Of a stretch of DNA of 24,660 nt, positions 15,915-24,152 are shown in pieces; within the stretch, counting starts at the first letter, position 1; each line of letters starts with the position of its first letter. Origin of the DNA: a virus. Lineage: Duplodnaviria > Caudoviricetes. The stretch is taken from IMG/VR virus record IMGVR_UViG_3300012041_000240, positions 1 through 24,660 of that record. One strand, given 5' to 3'. The position numbers and the translations under genes are program-made. Under the pieces are notes generated by a model that worked only from the letters and a program-made list of their open reading frames with translations, was not told where the DNA came from and did no database searches.

Positions 15915-15988
15915 ACGAGAGCCGTATGTTGACCTTACTCATGAGCCTCAATCGACGTTGGAGGGTTGGAGCCCTGGCGCTGGTCGCC
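15915..15988 (+). repeat. 74-bp perfect direct repeat, copy B
   Basis: Identical to 7742-7815; supplies the start region and first 21 codons of 15926. Confidence 0.95.
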
Positions 15989-17647
15989 ATCCTCGCGCTC
16001 GTCCTGGCAGTGCTCGTTACCGTCACAGCCGATGCGCAGATCCGGTTGCGGTCTAGTGGGAGCGGGGGCGGGGATCGTGCGCTCCTGACGGAAGCGGATT
16101 TCACCTACTCCGGCTACTACGAGATGGGGACCGGGGACAATGCGAACTACGCGCAAGGGTTCACGGCTCGCACGGTCAGCGGCACCCTGCGATTCGCGAT
16201 TGGCGTCGGGCTCATCAGCAGCTCCATGTATCTGCGGGAGTTCACGCTTCCCGCGTCGTTCGGGCAAAACGTCACGTGGCGCACATGGATGAACACAGAC
16301 CCCTACCTGCTTGGGGCCGGGTCTCCGCATATCGGACTGTGGTTCAATGAAAACGTCTCAGGGAGCGACGATGAGCTCTGGGTGGACCACGCCTGTGATT
16401 ATCCGCAGGCAGGGTGTGACCAGGACGCGATCACGGTGCTGCGGACGTGGACCGTCAGCGATGCCGATGTCCTGTCGAACCTGCAAGGGTATTGGGGATA
16501 CAACACGGTCGGGATGCGCGCGACCTACGGCGGCGTGATGAAGGTGCCGACGTGGTTCAAGAACACCTACAGCACGCAGGAATACCTGACCGGGTGGGGC
16601 GGCTATACGAGCCTCTGTTCCGGCAGGACTCCGTCGCTCGGGCCATTCTTTTTGTTTTTCCCGCGTCCGCACGGTGTCTACACCGAATTGTCGTGGGATG
16701 TCACAACGGGCGGGATTCCGACGACGGATTACACGATCGCCGCCGATCATCGAGGGAGTCACTGCAACGGAGCCGACTGGTATAGCGGGAGTTACGCCAG
16801 TCGCACGGTTGAGCGCGGCATTCGTGCCACCTTGACCCACGCGAACTATTTCGACAGTGGGGACCCCCGCTCGAACCCCGACCAAATCACCAGAAACGTC
16901 GATGTGTCCGGCACGACCGTCACGTATGACGATGTGCCCGGCGCCGCATTCGACTTCTCCAACAAAGGCTGGTGGGCTGGCTATTCTGGCACCGTGGGCG
17001 GAATGACCGAGAACGGGACAGCGTATCAGGTCAACATCAACGCGACACCGTACACAGTCGCGAGTGTTGATAGCGCCACGCAGTTGACCCTCACGGCCTC
17101 GGCGGGAACGATCTCGAACGCTACGCTGGTCGGTCCTCTCGGGTCTCTGGCTCCGAAAATTGGGGTGTTGGATTCCGGGCTCTGGGACACGTCTGAGCCA
17201 ACGGCTGCAGGGGCTCCCTCTGATCCAGACGGGTGGGCGCGCTGGAACTCCCACGACACCTACAACAACACCTGTCAATGGATCGACAACGATGCGGGCA
17301 CTCGAACGAAGCACGGCTTCGTGTGCATCGCGTCGTTGCAGAACGGCAAAACGTGGTACTGCGGCAGTTCGGGCTGCTCAGAGTCGAAGGAATACGAGAT
17401 TCACGTGTTCAACCCGACGACCATCGCGCAGGGGTATGCCGGTTCGATTTCGGCGTGGAAAGTGCGACCGACGTATGCGTGGAGCATCAAGAGTCTCCTT
17501 GCGGGGATTACTGACAATGGTGGCGATCAGTCAGGGGAGCGCATCATCGGCGCCAAGTTTGTGAATAACAAACTGTATGTCTTCTGGGGGCAGGGCGGCG
17601 GAGGCGGCGGTGCGCGACTCTTTGAGTTTGCAGTGGCGGGGAGCTAA
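15926..17647 (+). CDS. Exported Cys-containing beta-rich (possibly propeller) protein with MCP-derived signal peptide
   Basis: Leader ...LALVAILALVLAVLVTVTADA|Q; many W/Y/G/T; inserted segment YTVASVDSATQLTLTASAG resembling phage fibre modules. Confidence 0.7.
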   Translation: MLTLLMSLNRRWRVGALALVAILALVLAVLVTVTADAQIRLRSSGSGGGDRALLTEADFTYSGYYEMGTGDNANYAQGFTARTVSGTLRFAIGVGLISSSMYLREFTLPASFGQNVTWRTWMNTDPYLLGAGSPHIGLWFNENVSGSDDELWVDHACDYPQAGCDQDAITVLRTWTVSDADVLSNLQGYWGYNTVGMRATYGGVMKVPTWFKNTYSTQEYLTGWGGYTSLCSGRTPSLGPFFLFFPRPHGVYTELSWDVTTGGIPTTDYTIAADHRGSHCNGADWYSGSYASRTVERGIRATLTHANYFDSGDPRSNPDQITRNVDVSGTTVTYDDVPGAAFDFSNKGWWAGYSGTVGGMTENGTAYQVNINATPYTVASVDSATQLTLTASAGTISNATLVGPLGSLAPKIGVLDSGLWDTSEPTAAGAPSDPDGWARWNSHDTYNNTCQWIDNDAGTRTKHGFVCIASLQNGKTWYCGSSGCSESKEYEIHVFNPTTIAQGYAGSISAWKVRPTYAWSIKSLLAGITDNGGDQSGERIIGAKFVNNKLYVFWGQGGGGGGARLFEFAVAGS

Positions 17648-17650
17648 CCC

Positions 17651-18373
17651 ATGACACGTCTGTTGTTCGCGCTTATCCTGCTACTCAGCGCGTCCGTTGT
17701 TCAGGCAGCGCCTACCTATCGGTCATCGTCGTCGCACGTAGAGTGCGGCTCGTGTAGCTCGCTATCTACGCTGTCGTATACCGTCACCGCTGGTGACGAT
17801 CTATTCGTGGCGATTCAAGTCGCGCACGATAGCACCCCATCGATATCATCGGTCACATCAGATCTGGATGGTGGCCTTACTCAAATTGGGACCAATTCTC
17901 CTCCCGGTGTTTCGGGGCGTATCGCGGCGCTCTATCGCAAAGCGGCGGCCACGGCGGGGACGCACACGATCACGATCACGACATCTGCCAGCATCAATCT
18001 GATCACGGGTGATGCCTTTGGCTATTCCAGTGTCGGCGGCCTGGGAACGCCAGCCGTCGCCAATGATACCGGCAACTCTCCAACCATCTCTGTAAACAAC
18101 GCATCCGGCGATACGATGATCATGATCATCATCGGCACGCAGGTCGATACGAATCGCGGCCCAGGGGCCACGGGCACCGAACAGTTTGAGCACGTGGGCG
18201 CAAACGGGGTGACTTACCTGTGGGACAGCACGACGGCTGGCACGCCTACGACAATCACCGGCGATGCTTCGATGACTCCATGGGCAGCCGTTGCTGTATC
18301 GCTAACTGCATCTGGCGGGGGTGGGCCGACCTGCACCGGCGGTCTGCTGTTGCGTGGAGCCGGTGGATGCTAA
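17651..18373 (+). CDS. Exported beta-sandwich protein with signal peptide
   Basis: MTRLLFALILLLSASVVQA|A; AGDDLFVAI, AALYRK, AGTHTITIT; tail GGGGPTCTGGLLLRGAGGC. Confidence 0.7.
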   Translation: MTRLLFALILLLSASVVQAAPTYRSSSSHVECGSCSSLSTLSYTVTAGDDLFVAIQVAHDSTPSISSVTSDLDGGLTQIGTNSPPGVSGRIAALYRKAAATAGTHTITITTSASINLITGDAFGYSSVGGLGTPAVANDTGNSPTISVNNASGDTMIMIIIGTQVDTNRGPGATGTEQFEHVGANGVTYLWDSTTAGTPTTITGDASMTPWAAVAVSLTASGGGGPTCTGGLLLRGAGGC

Positions 18374-19137
18374 TGCGTCCGCTCGGCGTAGAGCATCCCG
18401 TACCGCTCGTCGCCTGTAATCGCGTGAATGGTGTGCGTTCTGGCCAGTACCTGCGTGATCAGCGTGAGTCCGCCAGGGCGCACATGGTCATGGTATTCCA
18501 GCACGATACGCTGGCAGCGTCGCAGGGTGTCCGGCGAGGCGGCGGCGAGCATGTCGGCCTCCGCACCCTCGATGTCTACCTTGAGCAAGTCGATGCGGTC
18601 GGATTCAGCGAGCGCGACGGCGCGATCGAGTGTCAGGACCGGGACTGTGCCGTCTCCAATCACCAGTCGGTGATCGAGGCTGCGTTCGCCGCCGTCGACG
18701 ACGTGTCCCAGGCCGGACGTCGCGCTAAGCGCCGCGCAGTGTGTCTCGATGCGGTACCCGCGCGTGTTGGACTGCAGCGTTGCGAAGTTCTCGGGATGCG
18801 GTTCAAAGGCGATGACGCGCGCCTCGCGTGCGTGATGCGCGATCCACAGGCTGAACAGACCGACGTTCGCGCCCAGGTCGAGGACGACGTGATGGTTGGC
18901 CGGTGCGTAGAATCCGCGCGGGGCGTATTCCTGATGGCCCCAAATTTCGACCACGGTATCCACAAAGCCGCCGCGTGTGCCGGCGTTGCGAATGACGGTG
19001 CCGCTCCAGAGCACGGCGCAATCGAGGGGTTGCCGGTAGTGGTGCGCCCATGCTAATTGCGGTCCGTTGCGGAAGGCGGCTATCAGTGGGAGATAGCTGC
19101 GCCAGTGGTACGACAGCGGTTTTGGGGCGAGGCTCAT
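18370..19137 (-). CDS. FkbM-family SAM-dependent methyltransferase
   Basis: VVLDLGANVGLFS, VIAFEPHPENF, IDLLKVDIEGAEADML, IVLEYH; start 19137 preferred (19209 possible). Confidence 0.9.
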   Translation of the reverse strand: MSLAPKPLSYHWRSYLPLIAAFRNGPQLAWAHHYRQPLDCAVLWSGTVIRNAGTRGGFVDTVVEIWGHQEYAPRGFYAPANHHVVLDLGANVGLFSLWIAHHAREARVIAFEPHPENFATLQSNTRGYRIETHCAALSATSGLGHVVDGGERSLDHRLVIGDGTVPVLTLDRAVALAESDRIDLLKVDIEGAEADMLAAASPDTLRRCQRIVLEYHDHVRPGGLTLITQVLARTHTIHAITGDERYGMLYAERTH

Positions 19138-19748
19138 CTGGGCTGACGATTCTAGCCCAACTCGCCGCTGCAAGTCTGTGTATGCTGGCGTTCGTCGCCT
19201 CGCCGGCATTCGCGCAGGCGCACCCCTGTGATGCCGCCTGGCCGACGTCCCAAACCATCACCCCCGGCGCCGCCTATCGGGTGCAGCTGTGCGCCACAGG
19301 CACGCCAACGGATGCCGCGTTGCTCGTGAACGGCACGGAACGCCCAGTCCAGGCGCTCACGCGCGTGCAGGGACCGAACGCCTCAGGTCGGTCACTCTTT
19401 GAAGGGGTCGCGACGGTCTCGTTCGTGTCAGGTGCCTACACGCTCGATGCCCGTGTATTTACCGGGAGCGTGGAACAGGCGCGGGCCGGCGTCCTGGCGG
19501 TTCAGGTCGGTGCCGTGGCGCCTCCGCCTCCTCCGCCTCCTCCACCACCGTCCGATCCGTGCGTCAGTAACCCGCTGGTGATCAGCGGCGTGAAGTGGCC
19601 GACCTCGAACACCGGGACGCGCTCCATCACGTTCGGCGTCGGCACGAAGCGCTGGCTCAAAGAAACGCTCGAGTGGCGGGCAGACGGCAAGCACGTGCTC
19701 ACGGTGACGGATGACCGCGGCTGCACGGCGATGGTGAGGAAGCCGTGA
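19050..19748 (+). CDS. Exported Ig-like protein with poly-Pro linker, start uncertain
   Basis: LAAASLCMLAFVASPAFA|Q cleavage motif, GAYTLDARV, poly-Pro run, HVLTVTDDRGCT. Confidence 0.6.
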   Translation: MLIAVRCGRRLSVGDSCASGTTAVLGRGSSGLTILAQLAAASLCMLAFVASPAFAQAHPCDAAWPTSQTITPGAAYRVQLCATGTPTDAALLVNGTERPVQALTRVQGPNASGRSLFEGVATVSFVSGAYTLDARVFTGSVEQARAGVLAVQVGAVAPPPPPPPPPPSDPCVSNPLVISGVKWPTSNTGTRSITFGVGTKRWLKETLEWRADGKHVLTVTDDRGCTAMVRKP

Positions 19749-19790
19749 GCGTGAGCTATCAGATGATGGCTCCATCCCAGAGCCAATAAC

Positions 19791-20054
19791 ATGGATGCAG
19801 CGGTTGTAACCGCCTTCGCCATTAATCTTATCGCAGTCGTCTCTGGGCTGTGGAAGGGAATCTCAGTTCTCATTACCGTCCGAGACGAAATTCGGGATAT
19901 GAGGCGCAACATCGGCACGAAAGATCCGGCTGACGGGCTTCTCGGGGATGTTGTGGAGCTAAAGGCCGCCATACGGGATCACGATAAGTCCATTGTTGCC
20001 TTACAGATACAGACAGGGGTCATCCGTAACAGGCGTTCTTCCCCCCTCGTGTAA
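19791..20054 (+). CDS. Small membrane protein (TM plus coiled coil), holin-like
   Basis: N-terminal hydrophobic helix then heptad-like segment. Confidence 0.55.
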   Translation: MDAAVVTAFAINLIAVVSGLWKGISVLITVRDEIRDMRRNIGTKDPADGLLGDVVELKAAIRDHDKSIVALQIQTGVIRNRRSSPLV

Positions 20055-20062
20055 TCATTACA
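20050..20062. promoter_or_regulatory. 13-bp palindromic site, copy 9
   Basis: Contains the TAA of 19791..20054 and ends 1 nt before ATG 20064. Confidence 0.85.
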
Positions 20063-20063
20063 T

Positions 20064-22025
20064 ATGGGCTACCTCCCACTCATGTCACAGAAAATCCCTG
20101 CGCTCCTCGGGGATAGTCAGGCTCAATCCCCCTTCATTCTGTCCCAAGCCTATAGCCCTGGGGGGTCAATTAATCTTTACATCGACAAGCTCGGGCAGAT
20201 TCGGACCATTGACGGTTATACCCGCCAGAATGCCGCCGCGTTTACCACGGATACAGGGGGCTCGGCTGCATTTGTGCGGAGCCTCTATCAGTTCAGGAAG
20301 ATTGCAGCGGGAGCCACGACCCGGCAAGTCTTAATGCTCCTAGATGATGGAGTGAATGAAGCGGAGCTGCACTACAGCACAGACCTGGGCGTCACGAAGA
20401 CCCTTATCACAGACTTTGGTGCAGGTTCGGTTGGCACGATTCTCGACTTCGCCATGTTTGGGGATCAGCTCATTATCACAAATGGAGTCATTACCCCTCG
20501 CATCTGGGACGGGGCGGCGCTTACCGTAGCTGGGGGCACTCAGTTAGCGGCCCCCACACTTGCAGCCTCTGGCAGTGGCCCCCTGGACGGAGCCTACAAG
20601 TATCGTGTCATCCCCATTCTTGCGAACAAGCAGCGCAAGATTGCGAGTGTGGCCAGCGCATCCTTTCAAATCTCTCGGGGTGCCATTGCGCTTGCGTGGA
20701 CGGCTGATGCCGACGGCACGGTGGTAGGGTATGAAATCTGGAGGACTTCTGGGACGGGCCTGGACTATTACTTTCTGGCCTACTCTGATGGTCGCCTTGT
20801 CGTCGCCTACGTCGATAACCTTCCCGATATCGACCTGCTGGGACGTGAGGCATTAGCCGTTGTGGCCTCCCATGGCGATGCTCCTCCCGTCGGGGCGTAT
20901 TTCTGTGTGGCCCATAAGGGTCGCATGTGGTATCTCCGCACAGACACCTACCCTCGCCGGCTCTGGCATAGTGACCCCGGCAATGCCGCCTCTGTGTATC
21001 TGGACCGGAGCTATTCCGAGCTGACAGACGCTGCATCCCTCGGTGACGTTATCGTCGGGGGGGCCGGCGACTTCGATGGCATGATTGTCATTTTCCTGGA
21101 GAACAGTATTTGGACAATTAGCGGGACAGGTGAAGTGGTGGGTCAGCGGTTGGATTGGCGGAAACGCCGGGCCAATGCGGCGAAGACGGGATCTGTGTCT
21201 GGGCGCACAGTAGTCAGAGTGCCGGCCGGATCTGTCTATCTCAATCAAGAGGGGGAGCCGGTTCCAGTAGACCGGAACGTCTTGGCCTACATGACCCCCC
21301 AGAAAGACATTCGGATTTTCGACGGCACCAACGACCGGATTATCAGTTACGCCAAGACTGACACCCTGGCCCGGCTGAATCTGACACATGCCCGGAAGTC
21401 CTTTGCCTATGACGACTTAGAGCATCAGATGTTTGTCTGGGTGTTCCCGGCCGACAATGACACGGAACCGAGTCTGAGTGTGGCCTGGAATTACGCGTTC
21501 GGCACCTTCCATGAGTGGACAGGCACGAATTTTGGCCATGTTACACCAGCAGAGTCCAGCTCAGCTCGTATCCTACTGGCTGGGGATGCTCGGGTTGCAA
21601 CGGGGGCCTTACTGTATCGCCTCTGGAACGGCACGGACCAGGACGGGGCAGACATCATTGCGACTTTCCTCTCGAAGCCTCTCTATCCGCCCATAGAAGA
21701 GAATGGCCTCCCGGAATACAGCTACGAAAAACGGCTGGCAAATCTGTTCCTGTTGTTTGCGAAGGATGCAACCCCAACCAGTTTAACTGTGGGTATTCTG
21801 TCGCATGATGCTGCCGATGCGGATGCCCCAATCATTTCACGGGTTATCAATGGGACCTCCCGCGTCAAGGTGCCGGGCCGGTATCCTGCAGCAAACGCAC
21901 GAGCTGGGAAGTATTTCACAGGGCCGGGGTGGCGAATTAAGCTCACCTCAACTGCAGATACAGGACCATGGACGCTCCGAGCGATTGACCAAATGTATCA
22001 GGTGCTGCCGGGAGCCACGCGCTAA
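20064..22025 (+). CDS. Tail nozzle / DNA stabilisation protein (P22 gp10 / tail tubular B-like beta-propeller)
   Basis: 653 aa; FAMFGDQLIITNG, AHKGRMWY, LWHSDPGN, IVIFLENSIWTISG blade motifs. Confidence 0.7.
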   Translation: MGYLPLMSQKIPALLGDSQAQSPFILSQAYSPGGSINLYIDKLGQIRTIDGYTRQNAAAFTTDTGGSAAFVRSLYQFRKIAAGATTRQVLMLLDDGVNEAELHYSTDLGVTKTLITDFGAGSVGTILDFAMFGDQLIITNGVITPRIWDGAALTVAGGTQLAAPTLAASGSGPLDGAYKYRVIPILANKQRKIASVASASFQISRGAIALAWTADADGTVVGYEIWRTSGTGLDYYFLAYSDGRLVVAYVDNLPDIDLLGREALAVVASHGDAPPVGAYFCVAHKGRMWYLRTDTYPRRLWHSDPGNAASVYLDRSYSELTDAASLGDVIVGGAGDFDGMIVIFLENSIWTISGTGEVVGQRLDWRKRRANAAKTGSVSGRTVVRVPAGSVYLNQEGEPVPVDRNVLAYMTPQKDIRIFDGTNDRIISYAKTDTLARLNLTHARKSFAYDDLEHQMFVWVFPADNDTEPSLSVAWNYAFGTFHEWTGTNFGHVTPAESSSARILLAGDARVATGALLYRLWNGTDQDGADIIATFLSKPLYPPIEENGLPEYSYEKRLANLFLLFAKDATPTSLTVGILSHDAADADAPIISRVINGTSRVKVPGRYPAANARAGKYFTGPGWRIKLTSTADTGPWTLRAIDQMYQVLPGATR

Positions 22026-22028
22026 CCC

Positions 22029-23015
22029 ATGCCCGATGACATCGGAGAAGGACTTTTTCGGGACCTTGCTGAAGTAGAGCGGGGGAACATGCGGGCGACA
22101 GCGGACGCCCTCTCCTATCTCTTTGGTCAGATTGAGGAGATTCGCCGGGTGCGCCCCCAAGGCACCAGTCGCCAAGTGTTTGGGCAGTATTGGCCGATTG
22201 GCCCGTGGTGCTTGAATGACCTCGGGAACCCCGCAACGGTTTCACAGGGGGCGATGCTGCGACCCCCAGATGTCTCGGGCACCTATCACAACTACACCCC
22301 AACCGGGATTGATACGGCCTGCGGCTTTGAAGTGGAGCCTACGGCCGCTGTCACCATCACAGGTATCCGGCACTTCTCACAATTCCAGAAACGGCTGCTT
22401 ATTGTTCGGAACCGAGACAGCACGGATGCAATTACGTTGGCCCATGAAAATGCTGGGTCAACAGACATCTATCGTTTCGATCTGCCCCATGATCGAGACT
22501 TTGTTATTGGTCCCCGGCGGGCAGTGGAACTCTACTATGATCCGGGCCGTGAACGGTGGACCGTTGTGTCTACGACCGGCACCCAGCCTGGGCAAGTAGT
22601 GTTCCCGGCTACGGCCAACCCCTCCAGCGACCCGAACGTGCTGGATGAGTATGAGGAGGGGGCCTATACGCCATCCGACCAGAGCGGGGCGGGGCTGACA
22701 TTTACGGATGTCCAGGGAATTTACGTCAAGATTGGTCGCCATGTGCTGGTGGGCTGGCGGCTCACGTATCCGGCAACGGCCGATGTCAGTCAGGCTAAAG
22801 TCTCCCTACCCTTCGCCGGAGTCACACTCACGCAAACCCCCATGTTTGGCACCTGGATATTGAATGGGAACGGGGCCGCCTCAGCTATTGGCGTGGTGCC
22901 GAGTAATGCGGCCTATGTGGCTGCTGTGACCTCTTCAGGGGGAACAGCCGTCACCAATGCCGACTTAGCAACAGCGACCCTGTTTATGGGCTTTTCATAC
23001 TACGCAGGAACGTAG
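22029..23015 (+). CDS. Tail fibre-like protein
   Basis: VFPATANPSSDPNVLDEYEEGAYTP...YVKIGRHV...VSLPF, a common podophage fibre C-terminal motif. Confidence 0.65.
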   Translation: MPDDIGEGLFRDLAEVERGNMRATADALSYLFGQIEEIRRVRPQGTSRQVFGQYWPIGPWCLNDLGNPATVSQGAMLRPPDVSGTYHNYTPTGIDTACGFEVEPTAAVTITGIRHFSQFQKRLLIVRNRDSTDAITLAHENAGSTDIYRFDLPHDRDFVIGPRRAVELYYDPGRERWTVVSTTGTQPGQVVFPATANPSSDPNVLDEYEEGAYTPSDQSGAGLTFTDVQGIYVKIGRHVLVGWRLTYPATADVSQAKVSLPFAGVTLTQTPMFGTWILNGNGAASAIGVVPSNAAYVAAVTSSGGTAVTNADLATATLFMGFSYYAGT

Positions 23016-23021
23016 AGAGAC

Positions 23022-23034
23022 TGTAATGATTACA
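23022..23034. promoter_or_regulatory. 13-bp palindromic site, copy 10
   Basis: TGTAATGATTACA contains the ATG of 23026. Confidence 0.85.
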
Positions 23035-23313
23035 CGGCAAGAAGTCATTGACCGCATCGAGATTATGGAGGATGGCGTGATTCAGGTCCGCCACGCCACC
23101 TATTTCGTTGAGGACGGGGTTCGCCTAGGCCCCCCAGCCTATACCCGCTCAACGCTCACACCGATCAATACGCTTCCTCCCGCAGCAGATGCCCGATTGC
23201 GGAGGGTTGCAGTAGCTGTGCATACCCCTGATGTGGTAGACGCCTATCGGGAAAAACATAACCCCTCACGTGCGATTCCATTAGACGAAATTGGGCCTGA
23301 AAATAGGCCGTGA
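23026..23313 (+). CDS. Tail-fibre companion/chaperone-like small protein
   Basis: IDRIEIMEDGVIQVRHATYFVEDG...VHTPDVVDAY; this type usually follows LDDYEEG-type fibres. Confidence 0.6.
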   Translation: MITRQEVIDRIEIMEDGVIQVRHATYFVEDGVRLGPPAYTRSTLTPINTLPPAADARLRRVAVAVHTPDVVDAYREKHNPSRAIPLDEIGPENRP

Positions 23314-23338
23314 CAACTCACAGTTTTCGTGCTACCCT
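23310..23338 (+). promoter_or_regulatory. Putative promoter with extended -10
   Basis: GTGACA (23310-23315), N17, TG-c-TACCCT (23333-23338). Confidence 0.4.
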
Positions 23339-23420
23339 AGCCCCGGTGGGGTTAAGGAAGGATGTTGGAAGGAAACCATTAGGGGTTTTTGGTTGGCAAT
23401 TTCAGCCGTGAGGAGAGAGC

Positions 23421-24152
23421 ATGGCTAGAGCACGACAGCATCGACAGTTGAGGCGTGGAGAGAGCCCAGCTGAGGGACTAGCAGGGAAGCTCGGGAGGGC
23501 ACAGGGGCGCATCCCAGCCCCCCCGACAACACAGAAGGTAGCCCCGTTTAAGTCACGGGAGGAGTTACAGGAGCAAGCTGATGCTCTCGATGGCGGGTCG
23601 GAACAGGACTATCCCGACGAACAAGAGTGGACAGCAGCGATTCCGCCGGATACGGATGCGGATATCCAGTCGGCGTTATCCCAGTCTCTCTCGATTGTCG
23701 AAGCCGATGATGCTGCCCTCGATCAGCTCTGGGACTGGGCACGGAACGACATGGACAGGGCCGCTCGGTTTCTCGGGACACGGCCGGCCACGTCAACCGC
23801 AATGAGAGGCCGGTGCGAGACGTTCGCCCCAGACTTCTACGCTCTGAGCGATTCGACGTTGGACGGGGATGTGCTGGTCGGCTTTGTGGCACTGATTGTC
23901 CAGGGGGACTCGGCGCTGATGCGCTTCTACTTAGCCCCGACATTCCGGGACCGAGCCCAGCGCATTCTACTGCAGCTGATGCAGCAAGCGACGAAGGCGT
24001 ATGAGGAAGTGAAGGCGTTCACGGTGGCCGCTGAGGACCCGGAGGATGCCAAGATGTTTAGGCGGGCGGGATTCACGATGGCCTTTATGCTGACGTGGAC
24101 GAAGCCTCAGCTCCCGGATGTAATCATTACATTGGGCAAAGAGGAGCCGTAA
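23421..24152 (+). CDS. GNAT-fold protein preceding ejection proteins (putative)
   Basis: VLVGFVAL..MRFYLAPTFRDRAQRILLQL..AKMFRRAGF; RBS GAGGAG. Confidence 0.6.
   Translation: MARARQHRQLRRGESPAEGLAGKLGRAQGRIPAPPTTQKVAPFKSREELQEQADALDGGSEQDYPDEQEWTAAIPPDTDADIQSALSQSLSIVEADDAALDQLWDWARNDMDRAARFLGTRPATSTAMRGRCETFAPDFYALSDSTLDGDVLVGFVALIVQGDSALMRFYLAPTFRDRAQRILLQLMQQATKAYEEVKAFTVAAEDPEDAKMFRRAGFTMAFMLTWTKPQLPDVIITLGKEEP
24119..24131. promoter_or_regulatory. 13-bp palindromic site, copy 11
   Basis: CCCGGATGTAATCATTACAT inside the 3' end of the GNAT gene, 21 nt before ATG 24153. Confidence 0.85.

Noticed and set aside
7742-15988. 74-bp repeat as a DGR template/variable pair
   Set aside because: Copies are identical with no adenine-specific differences, lie at 5' ends, and no reverse transcriptase is in the window
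18220-19056. 278-aa plus-strand ORF
   Set aside because: Shadow of the clearly recognisable FkbM gene on the opposite strand
96-24131. Palindromes as a CRISPR array, integron attC sites or canonical parS
   Set aside because: Spacing is kb-scale and irregular; no cas or integrase gene; no GTTRRRY/RYYYAAC ends; does not match TGTTTCACGTGAAACA
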